Shown here: in pieces, positions 39,325 through 51,732 of the stretch | Layout of the letters: every line of letters starts with the position of its first letter | Numbering within the stretch: the stretch's first letter is position 1 | From: Balamuthia mandrillaris | Lineage: Eukaryota | Length of the DNA: 64,000 nucleotides | Direction: 5' to 3' | Assembly (NCBI GenBank): GCA_031835245.2 | Contig: JAVKOQ020000016.1 | Location: 62,001 to 126,000, forward strand | Program-made: the position numbers and the translations under genes | Notes under the pieces: generated by a model | The model's input: the letters and a program-made list of their open reading frames with translations, nothing else | The model's database searches: none | What the model was told of the DNA's origin: nothing

Positions 39325-40996
39325 AGAGAGAACACACGAGAGAGAGAAAGAAGCGAAAAGAGACTAGCGGAGAAACCACCGCCCCCTCCCTACCGAAAAA
39401 AATTGGTTTAGTTTTTGTACTTTTCTTTCTTCTCTCCACTTCTTTCTCCCATTACCCTCTCCCCCTCACTCTGTAATTCTCCCTCTCTCTCTGCTCTCTA
39501 ACTTTTCTCTCTCTTTCCTTCCCTCGCTCCCTACCGCTCAGCCGCTCCTCGCTCTCGTTTTCTCACTCTTTCTCTGACTCACTCACTCTTTCTCTCTCAC
39601 TTCTTTCGTTGCCCTCTCCCCTCTCCGTCGCTCTCTCACTCTCTTTCTCGCTCGCCGCTCCCTCGCTCTCGCTCTCTCATTATTTCTCTGACTCACTCAC
39701 TGTTTCTCTCTGTTTAACGCACTCTTTCTCTTGTTTTTTTTTCTCGGTCCCCTCCCCTTCTTGCTCTCCTCCCCTTCTTGCTCTAACCCAAACAATACCC
39801 CCTCTTTATTATTAGCAAGATGGAACGAAACAACGAAGACAACGCCCAACTCCCAACAAACGATCGCAGCAGTTTCTGGTCCCGGAAGGAACGAGGTTAC
39901 CGGGAACGAGAACAAGTTCAACGATAACCTCTTGGAGCCATTCAAGACTCAGCTTGAGCAACAGGGCATCCTTTGGGTCCCCCAGGTTTGCTACCACCCC
40001 TCCTATCGGGCTTTGCAAGACAGTGCCGAGCCAATTCCGGAGGGCCAACGGGATGCGTTTGCCAAGGAGTACGTTACGCAGTTGGAACGCAAGCTAGAAA
40101 GCATTCGAGAGGCAAACATTAGCAAAGAAGAGCTAGCAGAGGTTCTCCGACAATCGGCTGTTTTCCCAGAAGGGACAACACCACAGGAAGAAAGCGACGT
40201 TGTCGAGTAAGTGCTTTTCTTATTCTTTTGCTTCATCGTTTGTGTTGTTTGCGATCCTCATCCAACTGCTCAACTTTTTTTCTTATTGTTTGTTTGAAAC
40301 AGTTATTTTTGGGACTTGGCCCACACCCCGAACCTGTTCTGTACAGCGCAACCCCTTCTTTTGGACTTGTTAATAACACACTCGCTGCAACAAGAGAGCG
40401 CCAACCAGCTCCAAAACCATGCTTTGGGTGCCTTTATGTTGCCCATCCTTCGGGCCAGAGTAGACAACACCGATCCCAGGCTGCACACACCGGAAAACTT
40501 CGTCAACCATTTTCTCAAACCAATCCCAGAGATACCACCAGAGCTCTATGACACTTTTTATTCAGCTTTGGGCCTTGAACAGGATTTTCGTACTTCCCGG
40601 TTAGCCAACCTGGCGGTACAGTGCGCGGAGGACAACGCGCTGAGCCTTGCATTGACTCAGACCAATGGGAAGCAAGTCGAGAAGATCGAATGGGTTTCCT
40701 TCACAATGGACAAGGATAGTGGCTTGAAGTACAAAAAGCTTTGTCCGTTCTGTGCGGTCGCTTTCGTACCACGTGCCAAGAGCTTGTTCGCCTTCGATAC
40801 CTCTGGCAGATCTTCTGCTGGTACTTGTTCATCTGCTGGTTCTTCTTCTTCTTCATATTCTTCCGCTGGTTCTTCTGCTGGTGCTTCTTCATCTGCTGGT
40901 GCTTCTTCTTCTTCGGCTTCTTCATATTCTCCTGCTTCTTCTTCTTCTTCTTCTTCTGCTTACGATGATAAAGGCAAAGGAAAAGAGAAAGAATAA
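39325..40996 (+). CDS. Orphan protein with cytidine-deaminase-like motifs; start unresolved
   Basis: Exons ~39816-40206 and 40303-40996 join in frame (DVVD|YFWDLAHTP) across GTAAGT...AACAG. Motifs TIAAVSG..EVTGNEN, QCAEDNAL and KLCPFC. An upstream exon at ~39325-39405 joins in phase, but I found no clean ATG. Confidence 0.55.
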
Positions 40997-41039
40997 GAGA
41001 GAGGCATTTTAGATGCAAGAGAACAAAAAAACTGTTGCA

Positions 41040-44000
41040 TCAAGAGGTGTGGGATGCCAAGCGTTGCTGCTTCGTATACTCCCAAATAACTAACGCCAAA
41101 GAGACATGCGCATTGAGCGAACGAATGATGCCCAACTGAGGGATCTACATTTAAGAATTTAACGTGTAAATAAAAGACAAGAAAAAAAAAGATAACAAGA
41201 ACGAGAGGTAGAAACCTGAACACATGCGTCCATCAAAGGCAAGTACTGTGCCGGCAATCCACAGTTCTCGTGCCCCACCACCAGCACCGTCTTCTCCACA
41301 AACTTGAACTCGGCCAAGGAGCGGCTGGCCGAGGTCTGCTCCACGCCAACGATCATGTAGCCCTCCTCCTCTTTCTTCTCTCTAAGGAAAGCCGCCAAGT
41401 TGTTCCTCGCCACCTCCGAGACGTTCACCCAGTTCTCGGCCGTGACGGAGATGCGCTTGAAGCTGTTGTCCTTCAGGAGCTTGCGGTTGGCGATGACCAG
41501 CTCTCCCACGGAGAAGATCTCGCTGGTGCGCATGAGGCCGGCCAGGTTGGGAAGGTTTTGGAGCAAGGAAGCGACCACCACCAACTTTTGCCGTTTCAGT
41601 TGGTGTTGAGGCTGTTGATGCTTTGTTGTCGTTGTTGTCATCATCATTTCCATTAGCTTTAACATCATTTGCTCGTCTTCCTCTTCTTCGGTTTTGTTCT
41701 TGTTGAAGAACGATAACGTTGTGTCTGCGTTTTGTCGTTTTTGGAACTCGAAAGCGGGTTGTCCTCCTTCTTCTGCTTCTTCAACTTTATGTGGTTCTTC
41801 AGAGTCGACGAAAGCAGCAGAGGAAGAAGTTGAGTGCAAATCGGAAGAGGCATATTGCATATGTTTTTTGATGGCGCGTTTGATATGCTCGAACAAGTCT
41901 TGAGGAAGACGCTCCATCGTTTCTGCATAAGTCGAGCTCGTGGTCGTCGATGTTTCTTCGTCCTCATCTTTCGCAGAAGAAGAAACAGAAGAAGAGAAAG
42001 CAAACAAACCAGAAGGAGAACAAGCTTCTTGAATGTTCATTCCATTCGGCAACATCGACTGCGTTTCTCTGAGTTTGCGAATGTCGTTATTCTTATCCAA
42101 AAACTCAAACAGCTGCTTCAAATACTCGTTTTTAGTCTGCTTCTTTTCTTCTCTTTCCTCTTTCGCGAAATAACGTTCGAGAACTCGATAAAGAGCCACT
42201 TGCGCACAAACTCGAGAAGCATGATGATAATGCGCCGTCCACGGAACCATTCTCATGACCAACTTCCAAAACGTCGTTTCCTCCTCTTTCCCTGCTTCAG
42301 TCTCTTCCTTTTGATAATGAGACAGATAAATAGAAACGACGATGATTAGACTCGTCGCGACTTGGTACTTAAGGTTGTAGTTCTCCAAAGCTTGACTGAG
42401 TCTTTCCTGAATGAGGCAAGTTTGATTCGATGATGAAGAAGAAGACCGCCAAAGAAGAGAAGCAATGAAGAGCTGCAACATGTATCGAAGGTCGCTTTGC
42501 ATCGGTCTTTCGCTGAGAAGTGCTTTCCATGAAAGGTGTACTACTTCTTCAAACGTGGAGGACGAAGAAGGAGAAGAAGAAATGTGATGAGAGAGAATGC
42601 AAAGGGTTTGCCACAAGTTCAACTTGATGCGATGAAGCAAAGTTTTGGAGTTGGACTCGAGTCGTTGGAACGGTTCAGAGTCGTTCAAGCGTAGCAGACG
42701 AAGAACGAGCGAGTCTAAAAAGTGTCTAACTCGATTATCTTCCTCTTTGGCAGGTTGCAAGTGATAAAGAAACGTGCAAAGAACAACTCGAGAAGGCAAC
42801 AAGTTGCTCATTATGTCCATTCGATCAGAATAGGAGGTCGTAGAAGAGGAGAAAGAGGAAGAGAGGAGAGACATTTCTTCCTGTTCGTTTGCACTATCGA
42901 ATGTTGAGAAGACACACATGTTGAGTATTTCTGTTTCGAAGGAACAAAGAATATCCCTACCATCTTCTCCTTCTTCTCCTTGTGCAGAAGAAGAACGAAG
43001 TGCAAAGATGACGTTGCAAAGATGCAAAACGAGATAGTAACTAACGCGCTGGCCTTGATTCATCGCCTCACAAAGGATTCGACGAATGAAAGAAGAAGCA
43101 AACCGTGTTAGAGAAGGATGAAACGTCGTCTTTACGAACACTTGCGTCAAATGCGGCGGAGTTCGTGTACAATCTTTGAAAGCGGACCAACAGCTTTGCA
43201 TAAAGTCTTCATGTTGTTCCTCTGTCAAGAACAGAACGTCCGCAGAGGGAGAAGAAGAACAAGAAGAAGGCGAAAGAAGTTGAACTTGACGACCATCAAT
43301 GCAACAGAGAAGAACCTGAAGGACGGAAGGTAGATACTTGTACGTTGCATGAGAGAGTGTGTTCATCGCTTGTTCCCAAAGCGGTTTCACTTGATGAATC
43401 GCACCAATTGAGGCGCGAGCAAAGATGGCCATACACTTCCATTTTCTTCTGTAGTACTCAGCTATAATCTTAGAAGAAGGAACGTCATCGTCATCAACGT
43501 CGTCTTCTTCATTCTCTTCGATGGTTGGAGAAGAGGAAAGAGAAGGGCAAGGCATTGGAAGTGAGAGAAGAGCAGGAATGAGAGTCTTGGTAGAGGACGA
43601 AAGAAGCTGAAGCGAACACAATAACGAGGCAAAGCGGAAGACGGCGATGTGAGGCAATAAGGACCGAGGATACTTGTTCTCCTTCGTTGTTGCGTCTGCT
43701 TCTTCGGACAAGAAGTGTTTGATGGCTTTCAGCGTTTGCTCTGCAAATATACTCAAGGAAGCTTTGCACTTGTTTCGTTCTTCTGCCTTCACGTCTCCTT
43801 TTGCTGTAGAGAGCGAGGAGAGAAGCGAGATGAACTTGCATTGAATACGTATCGTTTCCATGCGTTCGCGAAGACTTTCATTCTTCTTCTTGTTCTCATT
43901 TTCGCTTTGCGTTTGTTCCACAAAGTCCTCCAAAATAAGACTCAGGAAAGAAGAGTGCTGATCCTCTAAGAACGAGCGAAAAGAAATTGGTTCTCTCATC

Positions 44001-46723
44001 GTCTTTAGTTTCTCGCCAACCAACGTTACTATCGCCAACTTTTCAATCGACGAAGACGATATAGAGGAAAGCAGATCGAGTAAGAACGGAAGAAAGCAGT
44101 CTTTGTCGAGAGCAGCTAGGGTTGCGATACTCGTCATTATGGATCGTCCTTCTTCTTCGAACCAAAGTCCCCTTTTTTGCACATTCTCTGTGTGTTTCTG
44201 CGAAGAAAGGTGCAAATCCAGTTTGTGAAGCATTACGTTCAACCATCCTTTTCGTCTTCCTCCCTCTCCTTTACCTGCTCCTTTTCCGTCTTTATCTACT
44301 ATTTGTGCTAACCATTGCGAACATAAACGGTGCAGCGAAGAAGAGTACTGCGAAGAAGAAGGCAGAAGCAGAGAAACAAGTCGAGCTATGGCATCCATCA
44401 TCGAAAGAAGGTTTTCCCCAGAAGAAGAAATGCAAGGGTCAATGAAGCGAATAGCGGAGATAAGAAGTAATCGTTGAAGAGCAGGCCAAAAAACGGAACT
44501 CTGCAAACGCTGGTCACAAGCAAGGGTTCGTAGAGTAGAATGCAAGAACGAAACATCGGAAATAATCGGCAGTAACAACAAACGCTTCGAAGAAGAAGGT
44601 GATGATGATAAAGAAGAATCTACTCGTTGTAAAGCTTCCAAGAAAAGATGAAAGAACAAACAAGTGGTTGCTGGAATGTCCTCTTTGGAGTGCTGAACCG
44701 CTGTTCGGAGAAACATTCTTGTGAATGCTCTCCAATGTTTTGGTAGCTGCACGGCTTCGTTTATCACTATAATCCATTCTTCGCTTTCATGCTCTTCTTT
44801 AGGTTGAAGAAGATAACTGTCGTCTTGCAAGTAAGAAACAAGAAAACGAATGGCTGATTCACAGAGTTCATTGTTGGAGGTTGTTGTCCCAATCAGCGAG
44901 GGTGATGAAGAAGAAGAGAGTTGCAAAAAAGCGTGTGCTTCAACGGCAGTTGCATGCAGCATACTGCAAAACAACTCGGCAAAAGCTGTCGTTTTTGTTG
45001 TTGACGAGGAAAAAGCAGAGTTGAAGAAGAGTTGAAGCGCCATCTTTCGAACAGAAGGATTAGAGTTTTGTTGCGTTCTATGAAAAAGAATGTCGAGCCA
45101 AAAGACGACATCGTCCACAAAGTTGCACTCAGTTTCGGTTTTGGTTTCTTCTTTGTCTTCGCTGAGAAAAGACGAAGAAGAAAGCAGAGTTGGTAGATTG
45201 GAGAAAGTGGGTTTGACCAAGTGCAGTACGTGTTCATCCAGAGACTCGTACATAGCGAAGAAGAGTTGCCACTGTTCTTCATTCCACATAAACATTTTCT
45301 TCTTCTTTTCATCTTTCGTCTCCGTCTTCTTCTTTTTGTTATTGCTGTTGCCGTGGAGAAGCAAATGATGGGATAACGAAGTTTTGAGGAGATTAAGAGC
45401 GCGAGAGCGGGTTTGGCTGTCGTTTCTCTCTTTGAGTCCTTTCTCCAGCAGACTCCAAAAAAGCGGTTCGGTTGTTATGTTCCAACTTTCCTCTTCTTCG
45501 CCGTCGTTCATTCTGTAGTTTGTTTGAAGAAAGTAAAACTCGGAGAGAGCTGAAGTGAGCGATAAAGCCTCTTTCCATTCCTCTTCGTCGTCTCTGTTGT
45601 CTTCTCTTGCTTCCTTATTATTCGTTTGTTGTGGTTGAAGCCTTGCCAAGTCGCAGGAAGTGTCTTGCCAAAGCTCCATTAATAGCGTTTGAAACACTTC
45701 CTTCTTCTTCCTCTGCTCTGTTGCTCCTTCTTCATCGTCTTTCCTGTTGGTTCGTCTCTTCTTGACAGATGCAGAGGCGGCAAAAGAGAGCAAAGTCGGA
45801 ATGAGGTGTCGATGCACCAATCTTCTTTTCGGTCGCGTCCACATTGCGTCCGTTCCCTCCCTTGTTGCTTCCGTTGGGATTCCTCTTCGTAAGCAGAGCT
45901 GAAAGACGTCGGGAAGGGCATTCCATAGCAGCTCGCTCACTCCTCCTTCTGCTTCTTTGGCTTCTCTCCTCGCCTTTGCCTCTTCATCTCTTCTTCCCTT
46001 GTACACTCGCTCCACTATAGAAATCGAAAGTCGAAGCAAGACCTCGTTCTCGTCCTCTTCCCTTTCTTCTCTGCGTTCCGCTGCTTTGCTTTCGTTTCGT
46101 CGTTGAAGAGAAGAAGAGGAAGAAGAGGAGGAAGAACAAGAAGAAGAAGAAGAACCAGCGGAAAGAAGAAGAAGAGCTTGCTTGCAATGGGCGAGAAGAG
46201 AGCGGAGAAAAGAAAGCGAGGAGGAGGAGGTGGCGGCGTTGTCCACGGCCAAGAAATAGAGTTTGAGGAGGGTCAGCTCGGTTTCCACCGAAGAAGAAGA
46301 AGAAGAAGATGAAGGAGAAGAAGAAGAAGAAGAAGCAACTTGGAGCAGATCGGAAAAAAGACGAAGCAGGAAGGAGAAGAAGAGAGATGAAGCGGAACAA
46401 TTTGAGGAAGGAGAAGGGGAAGGAGAAGAAGAAGAAGAAGGGGACAACAACGAGAGCAAAGTCTTCAACAGGCATAGCGACTCGGAGCAAGTGAGCGGCT
46501 CGTCCTTCCAACGAAACCTCAGAGCAGCTGCGGAATCCAAGGCGGCATGGTTGAAAATGTGGCGAAGAAACTGCTCCGCGTTCCGTTCGGCGGAGCTTAG
46601 AAAGAAGCGGATGGCAGCGGCCCAGTGCTCCGGAGGTTCCTCCGCAGCGAGACGGCGGAGCAGCAGCAGCACGTCGGCGGCCGACGGGTCGCCTCCTCCT
46701 CCCTCGCAGTTCTCTTCTTTCAT
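41040..46723 (-). CDS. TRM3: tRNA (guanosine-18-2'-O)-methyltransferase TRM3/TARBP1; one ~5.5 kb exon plus a short last exon
   Basis: C-terminal SpoU domain: [41 protein letters not shown], then [20 protein letters not shown] in the last exon. Long helical N-terminal region. Confidence 0.93.
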
Positions 46724-46751
46724 TTCTTTTTCTTTTTTCTATCTTCCTGGG

Positions 46752-46845
46752 TGACGTCATTGCTTGCGTGGACCAATCAGAAATCATAGTTGGGTGCTTG
46801 AAATTTCGTTTTGTGACGTGGTCCAATGATCGAGCGCCACGTCAT
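46752..46845. promoter_or_regulatory. Candidate bidirectional promoter between TRM3 and ERO1
   Basis: TGACGTCA (46752), CCAATCAGAAATCATA (46773), TGACGTGG, a second CCAAT and CCACGTCA within ~100 bp between divergent start codons. Confidence 0.55.
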
Positions 46846-47014
46846 ATTCACTTTTTGAAAAAATAATAATAAAAAGAAAAGAAATAAGAAAAAGAGAGAA
46901 AGAAGTGAAAACCGATTTCTTCTTCTTGCTGCCTCTCCCTCTCTCCCTCTCTCTTTCTCTCTGTTCTCTTTGTTTCTGTCTCTCGCTCTCTTTTTTTCAC
47001 ACACAAAAAAAAAA

Positions 47015-47635
47015 ATGAAAACGGCGATAGTCGTTTTATTCGTGGTGGCTGCCGCGGCGCTCCTGTTTGTCTACTCGGATCCCTTCTTTGTGTTGACGGT
47101 AAGCTGGAGCTCATGATTTGCTTTCAGCTTCAGCTTCTTCTTCTTTTTCGCGCTCGCTCGCTCACACTCTTTCCTTGCTTTTTTTTTTTTTCTTTTGAAA
47201 CAAAAATCTCAACAGGAAGCACCAGTGAAAGGAGTGGTCGATGACTGTTGTTGTGAAGTGGAGACGGTGAACAAGCAAGCCGACCAGATCCATGAACAAT
47301 TAGCTGGGCTGAAGGTTGCACTCCCCATTTCTTTTGTTTTGTTTTTTTGGTTTTTGCTCTCTCTCTCTCTCTCTCTCTCTCTTCTCGCTCCCTGCTGCTG
47401 TCATTTCTCTCTCTCTCTCTCTCTCTCTCTCTGGTTTCTCTCTTTCTCTCTCTCTCTCTTTCCTCTCGCTCTCTGCTGCTGCTGTTGTTGCTTCTCTCTT
47501 TTTTTTTCTCTTTCTTTCTTCTCTTCGTCTTCTCTCTGCTCCTATCATTTACTCGTCACTCTCTCTCTCTCTCTCTCTCTCACTCTCTCTCTCTCATTCG
47601 CTCTCGCTCGCTCTCTCTCTCTCTCCTCGCTCTCT

Positions 47636-47674
<39 letters not shown>

Positions 47675-47684
47675 TTCTCTCTTT

Positions 47685-47715
<31 letters not shown>

Positions 47716-49680
47716 CTCTCGCTCTCGTTGTTTTCTATTCTTTCACTAACAGGATCAACAACAAATAGGCGAGAACATTTTTCAAGTACTTTAAGATCAA
47801 TCTTTTCAGAGACTGCCCGTTTTGGGCGGAGGAGTATCTTTGCTCCATGTCAGAGGAAGGCGGCGGCTGTGGCGTTTGTGCTTGTCCTGATGACGAGGTA
47901 CCTTCTTGTTGCTTCTTCTTGCTTCGTCTCTATTCTTGCTTGTGTTTCTTACTTTTATTTATCATTGCAAAGATTCCAACACCATGGCGGCTAGAGGAGA
48001 GCCAAAAGCTGGACACAACGGTGGACACAAAGTTGGGTGAGTGGGAGGATGAAGAAGACGAGGTGTGGACGTATCAAGATCATACAGACAAAGGTGGTGT
48101 TTCTCTTCGATTCCCTCCTCTTTCCTTCTGTCTTATTTACACAAACTTTGCACTTTCAGACAGTTCTTATGTAAATTTGGAGCTGAATCCGGAGCGGTAT
48201 ACTGGCTATAGTGGCTTTAACGCAACTCGCATTTGGAAAGCCATTTACTCTGAGAACTGCTTCCACCACGAAGATGGTACCTCACTTTTCTGCTCCTCTC
48301 ATTCGTTCCCTCGCTCCCGCTTCTGTTCTCTTCTTTTTTTTTTTTCTGATGAAAACAACAAAAACAAGTTGAGCAGACTAACAAACTGACACACAAAAGG
48401 AGACGAAGAACTATGTTTCGAAGAAAGAGTGTTTTATAGATTGATGTCAGGACTTCACGCTTCCACGACGGCCAGCATCTGCGAGAACTTTCATACACCC
48501 GCTGGTGGATGGTCTCCCAATGTGGAGATGTATAGGTGGCGGTTGGCAAAAGAGCCCGAAAGGCTGAAGAACATTTACTTCACATTCTTGTTTTTGTTAA
48601 GGGCCACTAGCCGAGCTTCTGAGTTTTTGAAAAGCTACAATTATGATACTGGTACTAGACATTTTAGTCTTTCGTTCTTCTGTCTTCTTGTTTCCTCTGT
48701 TTTTTTGCAAGTACTCTCTCTATGTTTTATTATCGTTAGCTTATTCTTATTGTCTTGTTTCATGTGTTCCTGTCCTCACGTTTCAACGAACGATCAAACA
48801 GGCAATCCAGAAGACGATCAAAAGCTTCGCGAGCAAATGGCCAATTTTCTCTCTGTCGATTTGCTTCATTGCAACGCGCCCACCTTCAATGAATCCGACA
48901 TGTTCTCTCTGGGCACTTGGATTCAGGACGACCAACTCCTCGAAGAACAACATCAACAGAAACAACTCTCCATTCTGCAAGTGGAGCAAATGCTCAGTCA
49001 GAAGCAAGAGCTGAAGAAGGAGTTTAGAGCCAAGTTTCACAACATCAGTTTGTTGATGGAATGCGTGGCCTGCGAGTCCTGCAAACTGCACGCAAAGCTG
49101 CAGGTACTGGGCATCGGTACAGCGCTCAAGATTTTGCTTGCTGAGAACGAGGTCAAACGCCATGGCATCATTCAACAACTGCAACGAAACGAAATAATTG
49201 TACGTTGTCTTTTCTCTCGTTCTTTGCTTCTCTCATCTCCTATCCCTTTTCTCTCTCGTCTTTCTCATCTCTCATCTCTTACCTCTTCTGCTCTGTCTTC
49301 TATCTCGTTTCTCTTCTCGCTTGCTCGTTCGCTTCTTCTCTCTCCTCTTGCTGTCGTACTTCTCTCTATTCACCTATTCGCTGTTCTTCTGCAACTAAAA
49401 ACACCCTTTTGTAAAGGCATTGATAAACACTCTGGCCAAGTTTTCAGACTCGATTCAAACCATCCACAAAATGAACGTGCGGTTGGCTGAGAGTCACGCT
49501 GACAAGGTCCTTCATTTGTGGCTGCCACGAATTGCCGCTGCGACCTGTTTGGCAGCACCCATGCTGCTCTTCCTCGCTCGGAGGAGAAAGAAAGAAGGAG
49601 AAAGCGCAACACCCTCTTCTCAAAAAAAGAAGACAACAACGACAAAGACGACAAGGAAAAAACCTGTAAAAGTGGACTGA
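47015..49680 (+). CDS. ERO1: Endoplasmic reticulum oxidoreductin 1; multi-exon
   Basis: Signal-like MKTAIVVLFVV, GVVDDCCC, FFKYFKINL..DCPFW, YVNLELNPERYTGY, RIWKAIYSENCF, FYRLMSGLHAS, NIS.LMECVACESCKL..KLQ..G.GTALKIL, LQRNEI. Confidence 0.96.
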
Positions 49681-49911
49681 TGTATTTATTTATCTGCAGT
49701 TTTAAAACAGTGATAGAAGATGTTTTCTCCTTGAAGAGAAGAAGAGAATGGAGAGAAGCAAGAAGAAAGAAGAAAACAGGGAGAAAGATAAGATAAAGTC
49801 GCAGGAAAAACGGCTTCCTGTGTCTTGCTGTAGTAAACAAACATTGTTGTTGACGGAACAGAACTTTCAAAAAAGAAAGAGAAACGAAAAGAAAGCCCCC
49901 CTTTCAGAGGG

Positions 49912-51114
49912 ATGGAAGACAGAACCTTTCCTCAAACCACGAGCACGGTGGTGATGGTGCCTCCGTTGGACTTTGTGGATGCCGTCCTGCAAAAAGAGGA
50001 CCACGACAAGGAGCTGGCGTTCAGGATGGCCCAAAAGGCCCAGCAGGAATGGGACGAGTCCGTTCGCATCCTTCGCCAGGAGGGCGTCAACGTGCTGACC
50101 CTGGAGTACCCTCCCAACAATTCCCTCTTCCTTTCCATTTCTCCCAAAGACCAGCCTTCAAGCTCCGAAACTCCTAACTCCGGGCTTCAAACTCCGAACA
50201 ACGAGAGCAAACCCCAAGCCGTCTTTTGCAACAACTGGATGACCACCCATGGGGATGGCACCCTCATCGTGTACCCCATGAAACAGCCGGAGAGGCGGAG
50301 GGAGACCCACTTGTTGCCCTTTGTGCAGCAGCTCTTGGTGGGGCATGGGTTCAACATCCGGAACATGCTTCGCATCGGTCAGCTGGATGACCCCACGCAT
50401 TTCTTGGAGGGCACTGGCTCCATGGTCTTTGACCACTCCCACAAGGTCATCTACGTGTGCAAGAGCCCAAGAACCAGCTTCAGGCAGCTCAACAACTTCA
50501 TGGAAGTGACGAGACATTTCAAAAGAGCCGTTCTCTTCCGAGGCAGGAACGAGCAGGGACAAGATATCTATCACACCGACATCCTGCTGTCCATCGGAGA
50601 GAGGTTTGCAGTGTTCGCGGCGGAGTGCGTCCCCGAGGAACTGGATGAAGGGGAGAGCAAGCTGTTTGCCACACGAGAAGAGGTGTTGAAGGAGTTGGAG
50701 ACAGAGGGCAAGCGGAAGGTGATTCTGCTCTCCAGCGAGCAAGTCAACAAATACTTTTGTGGCAACATCCTTCAACTTCGAGTCGATGTTGAAGGGGAGA
50801 AGAAAAAGAAGAAGAAGAATAGAAATAAGAAGAAGAAGAAAAGGCAGAAGAGAATCGTTGTGATGAGCAGAACTGCTTACAACCATTTCTCAACGGAACA
50901 GTTGAAGCAGCTGGAAGAGTTTGGAGGAAAGCTGGTGGTCCTTCCTTTGGAAACAATCGAGAAATATGGGGAAGGTTCCGCTCGTTGCATCCTGTTGGAG
51001 TGCTTTTTGCCCAACAAAGAGGATCCTTATCTCAACATTCAAAGATGGCTCCCCGATGAGGCGTTCACGGATGAAGCAGAGCGAAAAGGAGAGAAAGAAC
51101 CTGAAGGACCTTAA
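49912..51114 (+). CDS. Amidinotransferase-superfamily hydrolase, CtlX (citrulline utilization)-like; intronless
   Basis: V.MVPP..F, AVFCNNW, YPM...RR.E, FLEGTGSMVFDH, S.RT, IYHT, F.GN.LQ, MS..AY, IE..G.GSARC (catalytic Cys). Confidence 0.88.
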   Translation: MEDRTFPQTTSTVVMVPPLDFVDAVLQKEDHDKELAFRMAQKAQQEWDESVRILRQEGVNVLTLEYPPNNSLFLSISPKDQPSSSETPNSGLQTPNNESKPQAVFCNNWMTTHGDGTLIVYPMKQPERRRETHLLPFVQQLLVGHGFNIRNMLRIGQLDDPTHFLEGTGSMVFDHSHKVIYVCKSPRTSFRQLNNFMEVTRHFKRAVLFRGRNEQGQDIYHTDILLSIGERFAVFAAECVPEELDEGESKLFATREEVLKELETEGKRKVILLSSEQVNKYFCGNILQLRVDVEGEKKKKKKNRNKKKKKRQKRIVVMSRTAYNHFSTEQLKQLEEFGGKLVVLPLETIEKYGEGSARCILLECFLPNKEDPYLNIQRWLPDEAFTDEAERKGEKEPEGP

Positions 51115-51259
51115 TAACAATAAAAGTGTTCCGTTGCTTGCTTTGTATGCTTCATTGGTTGAGTTTCTTTCGTCTTTCTTCCGTCCATCCCTTCTTTCTT
51201 CTCGTTTATTGCGTTTCCTATGTACAACCAACCACCGACGGCTGTTTGTTCAACTTTTG

Positions 51260-51732
51260 TTATACTTTTTCTTCATCTGCTGTTGCACTTGTCGGCTTCT
51301 CTCCTCGCTGCGGTGCCTGTCCTCCGCTGCGTTCATGTTCGAAGAGGAACCAGAACTGCCTTCCGCCCGTTTTCTGGCATACTTTTTCCGCATGTCATCA
51401 GCCAGTTTCCTGTTCTTATCCCGCCTTTGCTCCGTTCTATTTTGATAAAGAGAAAGTTAAGCAAAGAAGAAGAACAAGAACAAGAAGAAAGAAGAAAGAG
51501 GAACAAGCACAAGAAGAAACAAGAAGGAAGAAAGAGAAAGAAGAAAGAGAAGGAAGAAAGAACTAAACTTGTATTCAGAGTACTGTTGGGACAAAGCGGC
51601 GGCAGTGAGGTCAGCCTGATCTTTGACCATGTCCACAAAGCCCTCGCTTGCGGGTTGATCGCCATCACTGTTGTTTCCTACCACTTTGTTGACCTGGTTG
51701 TCAACCACCATTTTCGTCAAGTCGTTGCCCAT
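51260..51732 (-). CDS. Small (~115 aa) helical protein with possible N-myristoylation; 2 exons
   Basis: MGNDLTKMVV...QQYSEYK/TEQRRDKNRKLADDMRKKYARK...DEEKV* joins in frame across a GTTTAG...AATAG pyrimidine-rich intron. Confidence 0.6.
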
